From contig ML978122.1 of assembly GCA_010015805.1 (NCBI GenBank), positions 124,001 through 188,000 on the forward strand: 64,000 bases of DNA, read 5' to 3'. Positions 63,188 to 64,000 of this stretch are shown here, piece after piece. Both the position numbers and the translations under genes were made by a program. The notes beneath the pieces were generated by a model that was given only the letters and a program-made list of their open reading frames with translations, was not told the origin of the DNA and searched no databases. The DNA is from Rhizodiscina lignyota (taxonomy: Eukaryota). The stretch's first letter is position 1. Each line of letters begins with the position of its first letter.

Positions 63188-64000
63188 ACTTCAAGTATAT
63201 TCATCAGCTAAGGGATCACTCACGAGTGATCGAGAGAGCATTAAAAAGGCTAAGTCAACAAAAATTGGAAGCAGTTATTGTGTCAAGTCGTACCCTCAAA
63301 ATACTTTCCTCGAAACTATGTTGTATTTAAAATATAACGGGCTACAAACAGGAAATTTAGATGTTCAGATCTTGGTTCGGCTAAAGTGTTATGGGTGTGT
63401 TTCCGTGCTGGAACCATGGTGTGACTGCGCCGTCAGTCACGATGGGAGCCACCGCAATGCATTCTCTACGATGGGACCTTGCCCACTTATGTTAACCGTA
63501 TTTATTCAAAATCAGCTTTACATTAGACCATTACCCAAACCATCTAAACTTCCGGAGGAAAGGATAAGGAAGGCATTATGTAAGTTTAGTACCCACTATT
63601 CATCTCTTGGGGGCTATGAGAGCCGGACACTGCGGAAGTCGACGGATGAGACTCGACATATAAAATCATCCTCATTGCGCTCTTTTAACTATAATCGAAA
63701 GAGCCCTACTAAAACTTTTTCTTATGTTTTTAAGAGCCCTTCCGAGCCATTCGCGACGAAATACGCCACAAGTAACTTCACCTGCAGGTGACTCATATAT
63801 GCGGGATAGGCCCATCAATATCTTAGAGTCCCAGTCAAGTCATAGTTCTGTATAGCCTTCACCATGTAGGGATGGATTTCTTAGAGATGTGGTAGAAGAA
63901 CTTTTCTTTCAAAAGGAGGGATATCTTGATTTGCGTGTATCTTCGGTCCATTACCAAGCGAAGGCTATCCTCAAACCGCTACATTCCTTTTCCGTTTAAA
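63188..64000 (-). pseudogene. Stop-riddled AT-rich relic with a RIP-like pattern
   Basis: One minus frame reads protein-like (..LLPIFVDLAFLMLSRSLVSDPLADEY) but carries about ten TAA/TAG/TGA codons. The plus ORF 63171-63791 looks like its antisense shadow. Confidence 0.45.

Noticed and set aside
1..64000. CRISPR arrays, intact transposons, rRNA genes or a biosynthetic gene cluster
   Set aside because: No repeat-spacer arrays, transposase/RT motifs, rRNA signatures or backbone synthases were seen.

Overview
Eukaryotic window from a filamentous ascomycete (Pezizomycotina; Dothideomycete-like by inference), with short GT-AG introns and CTRAY branch sites. About 25 protein genes can be supported: GPI17/PIG-S, SAM37/metaxin, a rhomboid, a UBE2J-type E2, POL3, acyl-CoA thioesterase II, an external NADH dehydrogenase, an intronless GST, MEMO1, cyanase, an O-methyltransferase, FAM32A, endonuclease III, an Smr protein, a DUF1996+WSC protein and several hypotheticals. 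There is also one intron-containing tRNA-Val(TAC) and several decayed reading frames. Two very small genes are too short to appear as their own entries in the ORF track and are the most interesting items. (1) 57387-57548 encodes a 35/53-aa peptide ending in a CAAX box (CIVM), with a TATA box and duplicated HMG-box-type sites, about 6.5 kb from cyanase; it is a candidate a-factor-class lipopeptide mating pheromone. (2) 16197-16280 encodes a 27-aa proline-rich micropeptide with a class I SH3-ligand motif (RPLPPIP), lying in a ~7 kb stretch with no recognisable intact gene. All family assignments come from motif recognition; no database searches were run.
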